A program made the position numbers and the translations under genes. This document shows positions 7,637 through 15,272 of a stretch of DNA of 28,523 nt, one piece after another. Where the stretch lies: the IMG/VR virus record IMGVR_UViG_3300032239_001561, positions 1 through 28,523 of that record; one strand, written 5' to 3'. Position 1 is the stretch's first letter, and every line of letters begins with the position of its first letter. This stretch comes from a virus. Taxonomy: Duplodnaviria; Caudoviricetes. Below the pieces are notes generated by a model, which ran no database searches, was not told the origin of the DNA, and worked only from the letters and a program-made list of their open reading frames with translations.

Positions 7637-8524
7637 ATGAAATTATCAATTGGTCAAATCATCATCTGGGACGGCGTTCAGCAGGTCGTCACCGCCGTCT
7701 CAGAAACTCACGCCCGCATCGCAACCCGCTCCGCCAAGAACGCCCTGACGAAGACGGTCATCGAGCGCGAGCAGAACGAATTCTTCGGGCAGCTTCACGG
7801 TAAGCCTATTTCGCCGGAAAGTGAATGGGCTGACAACCTGCTTGTGATGACCGCCAGCCTCGGCGAAGAGGCGGCTGAATTTACGAAGCCGATTGAAGAG
7901 GGGGAATTGACGCCGGTGCTTGAGGCGAAGAAGCATCGGCTCGAAGTCGGTAACGCTGTCATCTTCCTCGGTCACAAGCGCGTTGCGGTTCATGCGGAGC
8001 GCGGCTTTGTAAAGTTGCTGCGAATTGACGGCGAAGTTCTCGTCGAGGAGAACCCCCTCGCCTGCATAAAACTTCAGCCGACCGCAACCGTCAATCTTGA
8101 AAACTTTCTTTCCGTGCAGGGTGATGCGCGGAACGAAGTCACGAAACAAATCACCGCACAAGAGAAGGAAGAAGCAATGAAAAACAATAACAAATCTGAA
8201 TCCACTCCCAAGCCCTCCGCTGAAGAGAAGAAGGCCGCGAAAGCCGCCAAGGACGCAGAGCGTTACGCCGCGAAGAAGGCCGCGAAGGAAGCGGCTGCCG
8301 CTGAGAAGGCTGCCGCCAAAGCCGCGAAGCCCAAGAAGGAGAAGCGCGAATGGGTTGACATGTCAACCCGCGTTGCGTTCGTTGATGAGCAAATCGCGGC
8401 GGGCAAGACGCTGGAAGAAATCAGCCCCATGGTGAGCGAGAAATACTTCTACACTCCCAAGGGTTACGCCGACAACCTCATCGCCAGCCGCATGAAACGC
8501 GCTGCGAAGAAGGCTGCGAAGTAA
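7637..8524 (+). CDS. Hypothetical protein with Lys/Ala-rich histone-H1-like segment
   Basis: EKKAAKAAKDAERYAAKKAAKEAAAAEKAAAKAAKPKK; possible in-frame internal start at ATG 8177. Confidence 0.7.
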   Translation: MKLSIGQIIIWDGVQQVVTAVSETHARIATRSAKNALTKTVIEREQNEFFGQLHGKPISPESEWADNLLVMTASLGEEAAEFTKPIEEGELTPVLEAKKHRLEVGNAVIFLGHKRVAVHAERGFVKLLRIDGEVLVEENPLACIKLQPTATVNLENFLSVQGDARNEVTKQITAQEKEEAMKNNNKSESTPKPSAEEKKAAKAAKDAERYAAKKAAKEAAAAEKAAAKAAKPKKEKREWVDMSTRVAFVDEQIAAGKTLEEISPMVSEKYFYTPKGYADNLIASRMKRAAKKAAK

Positions 8525-8543
8525 GCCTCGGAATCCGGCTGCT

Positions 8544-9542
8544 ATGAAAATCAACTACCACCGCATCAGCGGTAAAATCGGCATGTCGGATTTTGAAACT
8601 GGAGACCGTGGCGCATGGCTTGAAAAGCGTCGCGGTCTCTGGACTTTCCTGAGAGCAGCTGGCCACGAGGTCAACTGCTGCTCACTGCCGACCAAGCCGA
8701 GCATCGGCCTCTGGAATCCTCCCGCCATCGAAGACAAATCGCAGGTTGACCTATTTGCAGCCGCTGGCGAGACCCTCCCGAAGGCGGATATCCTCATGCT
8801 GGAGTTCGGCGGCAGCAACGGATTGTTCTTCGGTAAAGACCTCCACCGGACGCGAGTCCTCATCGAAGCCCACAAGGGCAAGATTGTTTTCATCTGCGAC
8901 GACCCCGACCTGTTCTTCCCCTGGAAGGATTACCCCAACGAGGACTGGAGCCGGTGGTCAGCCTGGTTGAACGCGGTTGAGCCCAGCGAGGAGGCGATGA
9001 AGCTCCCCAAAGGCTGCCGCGCCTACGATTTCCCGTTCTCAGCCCTTCTACCCTACCGCGAGCCGCTCCTAGAAGGCTATTCTAGCAACTTTGTTTATTC
9101 GGGGAGACCAAACGGTCGCAAGGCTCAAATAAACACCTTCCAGTTCGCTTCAGGAGGTTTGGTGGATGTCTATGGCCGCCAAGAGGAGTGGTCGGAGTAT
9201 GGCGTGACCGTTTCTGGCGGTTCGCCGAAACAATCCGAGCGGCACTCCTTCTACCAAACAAAGCTGGGCTGCCTAGCCATCTCAGATTCCAAACACAAGC
9301 GACTCCGCTGGCGGACTGGCAGGGCTTACCATGCGCTTCACAGTGGTTGCCCAGTCGCTTGCGAGGATGGCGCGGAGGGGATTCAATTCGCGCAGAAGGT
9401 TTCATCATTCGATTCACTCAAGGCTCTTCGCGAATGTTGGCAATCTCCGGCGGACAGGGCGACCGTTTTGTCGCTGCAGCTTTCTCTCGAGCAGGGCGGA
9501 ATCAACATCTGCAACGCAACCCTGAAGGAACTTGGCAAATGA
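8544..9542 (+). CDS. GT-B glycosyltransferase resembling T4 DNA beta-glucosyltransferase
   Basis: Motif order resembles T4 BGT as I recall it: HKGKIVFICDDPDL, YDFPF, FVYSGRPNGR, VDVYG, CLAISDSKH...RTGRAYHALHSG; similar length. Confidence 0.65.
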   Translation: MKINYHRISGKIGMSDFETGDRGAWLEKRRGLWTFLRAAGHEVNCCSLPTKPSIGLWNPPAIEDKSQVDLFAAAGETLPKADILMLEFGGSNGLFFGKDLHRTRVLIEAHKGKIVFICDDPDLFFPWKDYPNEDWSRWSAWLNAVEPSEEAMKLPKGCRAYDFPFSALLPYREPLLEGYSSNFVYSGRPNGRKAQINTFQFASGGLVDVYGRQEEWSEYGVTVSGGSPKQSERHSFYQTKLGCLAISDSKHKRLRWRTGRAYHALHSGCPVACEDGAEGIQFAQKVSSFDSLKALRECWQSPADRATVLSLQLSLEQGGINICNATLKELGK

Positions 9543-9982
9543 TTATCGCCTACGACCTTGACGGTGTTCTCTGTGTCAAGCCTGAGGCATCCCCCAAGAA
9601 ATGGGGCATGATGAAGAAGGCCGAGCGCGATGAACGCAAGCGCAGTTTGCTTGAGCATTATTCCAAGGCCGACCGACTTCTCAATCCCGATTGCCGCTTC
9701 CATGTGATTACGGCTCGCAAGAATGATGAGCTCACCCGCTCCGCAACCGAGATGTGGCTCAAGCATCACTTCGGCGACCGCATCATTTCGGTCAGCATGC
9801 TGAACGAATCCAGGACGGTCGAAAATGTGGTAAAGCATAAGTCTGATGCGATTCGAATGCTCGGCGTTGAGGAGTTCACCGAGGACAACAAGGCCGTGCT
9901 GAAGGGCATCCGCAAATTGAATCCAACCATCCGGCTCTACTTCTGGGAGCAGGGCATGCCGTCAAGGGTATTATTCCAATGA
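9539..9982 (+). CDS. HAD-superfamily phosphatase (capless)
   Basis: Start at ATG 9539: IIAYDLDGVL (motif I), VITAR (II), HK (III), FTEDN (IV). Confidence 0.85.
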   Translation: MIIAYDLDGVLCVKPEASPKKWGMMKKAERDERKRSLLEHYSKADRLLNPDCRFHVITARKNDELTRSATEMWLKHHFGDRIISVSMLNESRTVENVVKHKSDAIRMLGVEEFTEDNKAVLKGIRKLNPTIRLYFWEQGMPSRVLFQ

Positions 9983-10839
9983 AAAATCTGCAATCTTTTC
10001 TCGAGTTCATTCTCGAACGTCACCGCATTTACGAACGCCGCAAGGCTGGGCAACCGGCTCCATGGACTGATGACCCAATATTGCGCAAGTATCGCTTTTG
10101 CAACATATACAGAGAAAATGACCCCGTCACAGTTTGGATAACGAACAACCTGTTCGAGCCACTGAAAGATTCTCCGCATCTCGTTACTGCGATGGCGGCA
10201 GCGCGGCTTATCAACAAGCCTGAGACGCTAGCGGTTATCAAGAACAGAATCATAGAGAGGGGCTGGGATACCGGCTGCGAAGAGGATATCCGCTCGCTGG
10301 CCGCTCAAGGGAAGGCAATCACCAACGCCGCCTACATGGTGACCACGCCGGAAGGAATGGATAAAGCCGCCGGAATCAGCTTCATGGTCAATTCAATCCA
10401 TGAGGCGAAGATTGAGAAGACCTCAACGCTGGCTGAACTTGCGGCAGAACTCATGAAGCATCCCCGCATCGGAACCTTCATTGCCGCGCAGATTGTTTGC
10501 GATTGCTCCTACGCGCCGAGATTCATCGGCTGTTCCGACTGGTGGTCGTTCGCGTTGAGTGGACCAGGAAGCCGCCGTGGATTGAACTATGTTTACGGCA
10601 GACCGTTCGATGCGCCTTGGGAAGAGGCTGATTGGCATAAGCATCTGCGGGAACTCGCCTCGCCGATAAATCAGGCTCTTGAGAAGGCCGGTTTCCCGAA
10701 GACGCATGCTAGAAATCACCAGAATGCTGCGTGCGAATTCAATAAGTATGCTCGAGCCAAGCTCGGCGTTGCTGAGCCAAAACAACTCTACCGACAACCA
10801 GAATCCAAACCTCAACCGAAACAGGCATCTCTTTTCTGA
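9979..10839 (+). CDS. 5-hmdU DNA kinase-like protein (aGPT-Pplase1 / HMUDK helical family)
   Basis: ERHRIYERRKAGQPAPWTDDPILRKYRFCNIYRENDPVT...NAAY...GTFIAAQIVCD...GPGSRRGL...CEFNKY is the family signature. Confidence 0.8.
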   Translation: MKNLQSFLEFILERHRIYERRKAGQPAPWTDDPILRKYRFCNIYRENDPVTVWITNNLFEPLKDSPHLVTAMAAARLINKPETLAVIKNRIIERGWDTGCEEDIRSLAAQGKAITNAAYMVTTPEGMDKAAGISFMVNSIHEAKIEKTSTLAELAAELMKHPRIGTFIAAQIVCDCSYAPRFIGCSDWWSFALSGPGSRRGLNYVYGRPFDAPWEEADWHKHLRELASPINQALEKAGFPKTHARNHQNAACEFNKYARAKLGVAEPKQLYRQPESKPQPKQASLF

Positions 10840-10849
10840 AAGATTTGTC

Positions 10850-10878
10850 TTGCCTTCCAGAACAGAACAGTCAATAAT
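10850..10878 (+). promoter_or_regulatory. Internal promoter candidate for the thymidylate-synthase-like gene
   Basis: TTGCCT-N17-AATAAT; CTTGCCTTCCAGAACAGAACAG matches CTTGCCTTTTGGAACGGAACGG (7466) at 17 of 22 positions. Confidence 0.5.
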
Positions 10879-10894
10879 AACTCCCGAAACAAAA

Positions 10895-11950
10895 ATGCAC
10901 CTGATATCCGCAAGAAATCCTCACGAGGCTCTTCCAATAGCACTTGACCGCCTTTTTAAGCTTGGTGTTGAGCGCGAAACCAGAAACGGTAAAGTCCTTC
11001 AATTGCGTGGACCAACGCTGCTTTGCTATGAGCGGCCAACCGAGCGCGTTGTTTTCTGGCCGGAGCGTGATGCGAACCCCATCTTCCACGCATTGGAAGC
11101 GATGTGGATGCTGGCCGGTCGCTCCGATGTTGAATTCGTCGCGCATTACGCCAAGCGCATGTCAACCTTCAGCGATGACGGCAAGACCCTGAACGGAGCC
11201 TACGGCTTCCGCTGGCGGACGCACTTCGGATACGACCAGCTGGAGCTCATCTGCAAGAACCTCAAGCGCAACCCGAATGACCGGCGTCAGGTTTTAACTA
11301 TGTGGGACGCCACTTCGAATGAGGATTTCGACCACGAAAGCGATTTGCAGAAGGCTTCTTCAAGCAAAGATGTTCCTTGCAACACCCACATCTACTTCGC
11401 AATCAACGACAGCGGCCATCTCGACATGACGGTCTGCAACCGCAGTAACGACCTAGTCTGGGGCTGCCTGGGAGCCAACGCCGTTCACTTCAGCTTCCTT
11501 CAGGAATGCATGGCCATCAAGATTGGCGTGCCGGTCGGCTGCTATTATCAGTTCACGAACAACCTGCACGGCTATCTGGAAACAATCGAGCCGCTGCGCT
11601 CAATCGCCGGTCAGTATTGCGCAAGCCCCTACGAGCTTGGAGAGGTTAAGCCGCTGCCGCTCATTCCCGATGCAAGCCAAATCGAGGAATTCGAAGAGGA
11701 CTTGCAATATCTTCAAATCGGAGGCTTCGGGCTTTACTCCTCATTCTTCTTCGTTGGCGTTGTTGCTCCAATGCAAATGGCTCACGAGTTTTACAAGGCC
11801 GGAGACCTCGAGGGCGCACTCAAGGCTTGTGACAATATCGTTGCTGATGACTGGAGCCTTGCTTGCAGGGAATGGATTCAGCGGCGAATCAACCGCCGCG
11901 CACACTGCCTCAAGCGGGCGCAAGATGATGGGGTGAATTATGAAGCCTGA
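10895..11950 (+). CDS. Thymidylate-synthase-family enzyme, probable dUMP hydroxymethylase
   Basis: ETRNG, GAYGFRW, DRRQV, catalytic DVPCN, RSNDLVWGCLGAN, NNLHGY; extra helical C-terminal region; start taken at ATG 10895. Confidence 0.85.
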   Translation: MHLISARNPHEALPIALDRLFKLGVERETRNGKVLQLRGPTLLCYERPTERVVFWPERDANPIFHALEAMWMLAGRSDVEFVAHYAKRMSTFSDDGKTLNGAYGFRWRTHFGYDQLELICKNLKRNPNDRRQVLTMWDATSNEDFDHESDLQKASSSKDVPCNTHIYFAINDSGHLDMTVCNRSNDLVWGCLGANAVHFSFLQECMAIKIGVPVGCYYQFTNNLHGYLETIEPLRSIAGQYCASPYELGEVKPLPLIPDASQIEEFEEDLQYLQIGGFGLYSSFFFVGVVAPMQMAHEFYKAGDLEGALKACDNIVADDWSLACREWIQRRINRRAHCLKRAQDDGVNYEA

Positions 11951-12050
11951 GCCAACCGACCAAGAAATTGCGCTGGATGCATTTGCCACGTTTTGCATGA
12001 TATCCGCTGCGATTGCCGCGATTGCTTTGATTGTTTTACTTTATGCATAA
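11940..12050 (+). CDS. Small single-pass membrane peptide (36 aa)
   Basis: MKPEPTDQEIALDAFATFCMISAAIAAIALIVLLYA; overlaps both neighbours; not in the ORF track. Confidence 0.45.
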   Translation: MKPEPTDQEIALDAFATFCMISAAIAAIALIVLLYA

Positions 12051-12387
12051 GAAAACCTACATGGATTATGTTCCTGCCATTGCCGACAAGGATGTCGAAA
12101 CCCTGAAGCGCAAGGATGGCGAGTATGGGGGAAGCTGGTTGATTCGGGGAGGCGTTGGAGCCTTCATGATGGCTGCCCGCAAGTGGGATAGGATTGAGAC
12201 CCAGGTCAAGAAGCAGCACTGGGACATCATCTCAGCGGCTGTTGAAGACCGGCGTCCCGAGGGCATACTCGATGATTTAGCTGATTTAAGAGCTTACACT
12301 TTGCTTATCGAGGCTGAGGTTCGCCGCCAGATTGACAATGCTGAAACGCAGGAAAGCATCATCGAAACCGGAGGCCGGTGCGCATGA
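12043..12387 (+). CDS. Nucleotide-modification-associated domain 1 (DUF1599-like, MazG-fold) protein
   Basis: LKRKDGEYGGSW...KWDRI...DDLADLRAYTLL fits the KxxxYGxSW...KxxR...DLxxY pattern. Confidence 0.7.
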   Translation: MHKKTYMDYVPAIADKDVETLKRKDGEYGGSWLIRGGVGAFMMAARKWDRIETQVKKQHWDIISAAVEDRRPEGILDDLADLRAYTLLIEAEVRRQIDNAETQESIIETGGRCA

Positions 12388-12815
12388 CCAACTGGGATAA
12401 AAGATTCCTGAACCTCTCAGCCATGGTCGCAAGCTGGTCGAAAGACCCATCCACCAAATGCGGCTGCGTTCTGGTTCGTCCTGATAAATCAATCGCTGGA
12501 ATTGGCTTCAATGGCTTCCCGAGAGGTATAGATGACGACGAGCAACGCCTTTCAGACCGCGATTTGAAGCACCAGATTGTTATCCACGCCGAGGAGAATG
12601 CGCTGATGTTTTCCAGCAACCCATATTGCTGCACCGCCTACATTTACCCCATCATTCCCTGCCCGCGCTGCGCATCCAAGCTGATACAGGCCGGAATAGC
12701 CGAGGTTGTTGCGCCCAAAACTAGGCGCAGGAAGTGCGGCGGGATGGATATGGATTTGACCCGCAAGCTCCTGCGCGAAGCTGGAATATTGCTGAGGGAG
12801 GTTGATTTAAAATGA
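12384..12815 (+). CDS. dCMP deaminase
   Basis: SKDPSTKCG, GFNGFPRG, HAEENA and PCPRC zinc-deaminase motifs. Confidence 0.93.
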   Translation: MTNWDKRFLNLSAMVASWSKDPSTKCGCVLVRPDKSIAGIGFNGFPRGIDDDEQRLSDRDLKHQIVIHAEENALMFSSNPYCCTAYIYPIIPCPRCASKLIQAGIAEVVAPKTRRRKCGGMDMDLTRKLLREAGILLREVDLK

Positions 12816-13261
12816 AAGAGATTCCATTTGGATGGATTATGAACGCCGACGGCAGCTACAGCAAGCTGAAGGGGGGATTCGCCGGAACAAAGGAGGGGCT
12901 CAATGCTGTAGTTTCCGATTCGAATCGGCGGTTGCGCGAGGCGATTTCAAATCATGAAAATAAACCTGACTGTAAACTATCGAACACCAAGCCTAAACGT
13001 GACAAAAAGGCAGCACTGGGCGGCTCAATGGAAGGAAAAGCGGGAGGCGTTCCGAGAACTACTGTTCGCTTTGTCGGTTACCGCGTCCGACCCCTCGACC
13101 CAGACAATTTCGCCGGAAGTGTCAAGGATTTGCTCGACGGGTTACGCCACGCTCGCCTCATACCTGGCGACGAGTCATGGCGCATCCGGCTCGAAACGGA
13201 GCAGGTCAAAGTGAACCATTTCAAAGAAGAGAAAACAACCATCGAAATCACAACGCCATGA
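12812..13261 (+). CDS. RusA-like Holliday junction resolvase, catalytic C-terminal half
   Basis: RPLDPDNFAGSVKDLLDGL...IPGDE matches DxDN...K...D; the N-terminus is not RusA-like. Confidence 0.7.
   Translation: MKEIPFGWIMNADGSYSKLKGGFAGTKEGLNAVVSDSNRRLREAISNHENKPDCKLSNTKPKRDKKAALGGSMEGKAGGVPRTTVRFVGYRVRPLDPDNFAGSVKDLLDGLRHARLIPGDESWRIRLETEQVKVNHFKEEKTTIEITTP
12954..13214 (+). CDS. Nested alternative-frame ORF carrying a RusA-like N-terminal half
   Basis: MKINLTVNYRTPSLNVTKRQHWAAQWKEKREAFRELL carries the PSLN...HW pattern of RusA-like N-termini. Confidence 0.5.
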   Translation: MKINLTVNYRTPSLNVTKRQHWAAQWKEKREAFRELLFALSVTASDPSTQTISPEVSRICSTGYATLASYLATSHGASGSKRSRSK

Positions 13262-13530
13262 CAAAATCCCAAGAAAAGAAAATCATCAGCGGCGCAATGT
13301 CCATCCTCGGCAAGCGCATGACCCCTAAACGCCTCAAGGCCATCCGTGAAATCAGCCTACCCGCCGCTCGCGCTGCAATCAAGCCGAGGAAGCTCAATGC
13401 GGCGGCGGTCAAGGACATTCGGCTTTCAGGAACGGACTGGGCGACGACAACTCGCCTCGCCAAGAAATACAAGGTGAATCCGACGACAATTATTCGCACG
13501 CGGGATTGCATTTACCATCGTTCGGTTTAG
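13258..13530 (+). CDS. Small HTH DNA-binding protein
   Basis: KLNAAAVKDIR...RLAKKYKVNPTTI; ATGA overlap at 13258. Confidence 0.6.
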   Translation: MTKSQEKKIISGAMSILGKRMTPKRLKAIREISLPAARAAIKPRKLNAAAVKDIRLSGTDWATTTRLAKKYKVNPTTIIRTRDCIYHRSV

Positions 13531-13562
13531 CCAGAAGTGCGCGGAGAGAAAGGACAATACAG

Positions 13563-13808
13563 ATGAACAACCCAACACAGTCCGAAAAGATACTACAAGA
13601 AAACATCCATTTCTTCGACGCTTACACATTCGAGCGTCACGAACTGGTGAAGTTGGTCGAAACGATAAGGCTCGACGCAGCCAAGTCCGCGCTAGAACTG
13701 GCTCTTAAAATGCACGAAGAAACACCGCCAAGTGAGCACTACGAACAAAGCCAAAAGTTATCCACCCTCGCCAACGACCCTCAACTTTTGGAGAAACTGA
13801 ACAAATGA
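13563..13808 (+). CDS. Hypothetical protein
   Basis: ATG 13563 preceded by AAGGA; ATGA overlap with the next gene. Confidence 0.55.
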   Translation: MNNPTQSEKILQENIHFFDAYTFERHELVKLVETIRLDAAKSALELALKMHEETPPSEHYEQSQKLSTLANDPQLLEKLNK

Positions 13809-14080
13809 AAAATAGATTCGAACAAGTGACCATTGATAAAACCACTGTTGTAGAAAAGGAAGGCCTTGAAATATGCGCCTTCATTGCCGGAGTAAATTCG
13901 GGAATGTTTGGACTTCCGTTTTGCATCCAAGTCAGAGCGTGGACGAGCTTCTTGTGGTTCAAGAAATTCTTCTTCGTTCAGGCGAAACTTAATCTCGAAG
14001 AATTGAAGCGATTACAAAACGAGTTTCAGAAAGCCATTACTTATCTTGAAGCAACCGAAGAAGAACGGAGAAAGCTATGA
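13805..14080 (+). CDS. Hypothetical protein (91 aa)
   Basis: ATGA overlaps on both sides. Confidence 0.6.
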   Translation: MKNRFEQVTIDKTTVVEKEGLEICAFIAGVNSGMFGLPFCIQVRAWTSFLWFKKFFFVQAKLNLEELKRLQNEFQKAITYLEATEEERRKL

Positions 14081-14475
14081 AACCCACCCAACAACCACCA
14101 TCTAATGTGACCGGACAGAACTGCGCTACCTGCCTTTCAATCCTGATGCAGCACCCGACATTTCCGACTGCGCTTTATTGTCCGAAGTGCTCACCACAAC
14201 CACCCTCAATCACCGACGGCAATCCACCTAGTCACATTGACGCGACAAAGCCATCGCCAAGTTGGAACGAAACAGCCATGAACTGCGCTTGTGGCTCTCA
14301 ATACTTTACCGATGGAAATAAACTTTGGTGCAGAAACTGTCGGTCAGTTAGACCGATAGCCCATGCACCATCGCCGGAACAGTTGGCGAGTAAAATTCTT
14401 GCGCGTTCGCATAGTCCAGAAGCGTTAGCCGAACTCTCCGCCATCAACGCCGCGAGAAGCAAGGAGCAGGTATGA
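14077..14475 (+). CDS. Hypothetical protein with two zinc-ribbon-like motifs
   Basis: CATC..CPKC and CAC..CRNC; overlapping start and stop codons. Confidence 0.5.
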   Translation: MKPTQQPPSNVTGQNCATCLSILMQHPTFPTALYCPKCSPQPPSITDGNPPSHIDATKPSPSWNETAMNCACGSQYFTDGNKLWCRNCRSVRPIAHAPSPEQLASKILARSHSPEALAELSAINAARSKEQV

Positions 14476-14807
14476 GCGCGAACGATATGCGGGAGCTTGA
14501 TGCCTGGATTGCCGAGAAGGTGATGGAGTTCAAGATTAAAAACGGACGCTGTTGGGTGACGCGCCCAGTCCTTAAAAGCCTAACCAAGGTTGCCCATGTT
14601 GAGGTTGATTTTGAGATTGAACACTACACCACCGACCCCGCCGCCGCGATGGAGGTGTGGAAGAAGTGCGCTGAAAAACAGACGACCATCTCAATCCAAA
14701 AATCGAAATCTGGATGGCGAGTGGTTTCGATGGACTCACATTCATTCGGCTGCGAAACCCTCGAACTCGCCATCTGCCTGTTCGCCAAGAAGCTGTTTGA
14801 AAAATAA
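14472..14807 (+). CDS. Phage ABA-sandwich (BC1872-like) protein
   Basis: RELDAWIAEKVM...HYTTDPAAAMEV...LAICLFA pattern. Confidence 0.75.
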   Translation: MSANDMRELDAWIAEKVMEFKIKNGRCWVTRPVLKSLTKVAHVEVDFEIEHYTTDPAAAMEVWKKCAEKQTTISIQKSKSGWRVVSMDSHSFGCETLELAICLFAKKLFEK

Positions 14808-14810
14808 TCC

Positions 14811-14839
14811 TTTCCAATTCAATCATTTTCAGGCATAAT
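14811..14839 (+). promoter_or_regulatory. Promoter candidate for the terminase operon
   Basis: TTTCCA-N17-CATAAT with the TCAGGCATA context also seen at 2187. Confidence 0.45.
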
Positions 14840-14852
14840 TCTTAAAAAGGTT

Positions 14853-15272
14853 ATGCCTAGAAGTGATAAGCAAGAATTTGAACGCCGCGTCCGCGAGGTT
14901 GCCGACCACCTCATCCAGCTGCCGCTGACTTCCAACTTCGAGCTTCACGACATCTTCTGCCCGAAATACGGAGTCGAGTGGCGTCAGATTGACCGCTACG
15001 CTGCTCAGGCAAGGAAGTTCAACGGTGTTAGGTTGAAGGAATACATGGACAGGGAGCGAGCGGCAAAGCTCGGCGTTAGCGTCCTGCTTGGCCTCCTGAA
15101 AAGTCCTTCCGACCGCGTTCGCCTCAAGGCTGAGGAACAATTGCGAGCCGCGCTCGGCTACGGGGCTGCGCCGAGGTTGCCGGAGGATGGGGAGGGGAAT
15201 ACGCAGCAGTTCGTGCCGATAGCTGTGAATCCGGCGGATATTGTGGGAGATGGGAGCAAGAGGAATGCTTGA
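14853..15272 (+). CDS. Probable terminase small subunit
   Basis: Position upstream of terL; HTH-like KYGVEWRQIDRY; helical RVRLKAEEQL. Inference mainly from synteny. Confidence 0.55.
   Translation: MPRSDKQEFERRVREVADHLIQLPLTSNFELHDIFCPKYGVEWRQIDRYAAQARKFNGVRLKEYMDRERAAKLGVSVLLGLLKSPSDRVRLKAEEQLRAALGYGAAPRLPEDGEGNTQQFVPIAVNPADIVGDGSKRNA

Noticed and set aside
9188-9538. N-terminal extension of the HAD ORF in the track
   Set aside because: Overlaps the glycosyltransferase; HAD motif I begins right after ATG 9539, which forms an ATGA overlap.
10679-10894. N-terminal extension of the TS-like ORF
   Set aside because: Overlaps the upstream gene and a promoter-like sequence; ATG 10895 fits better.
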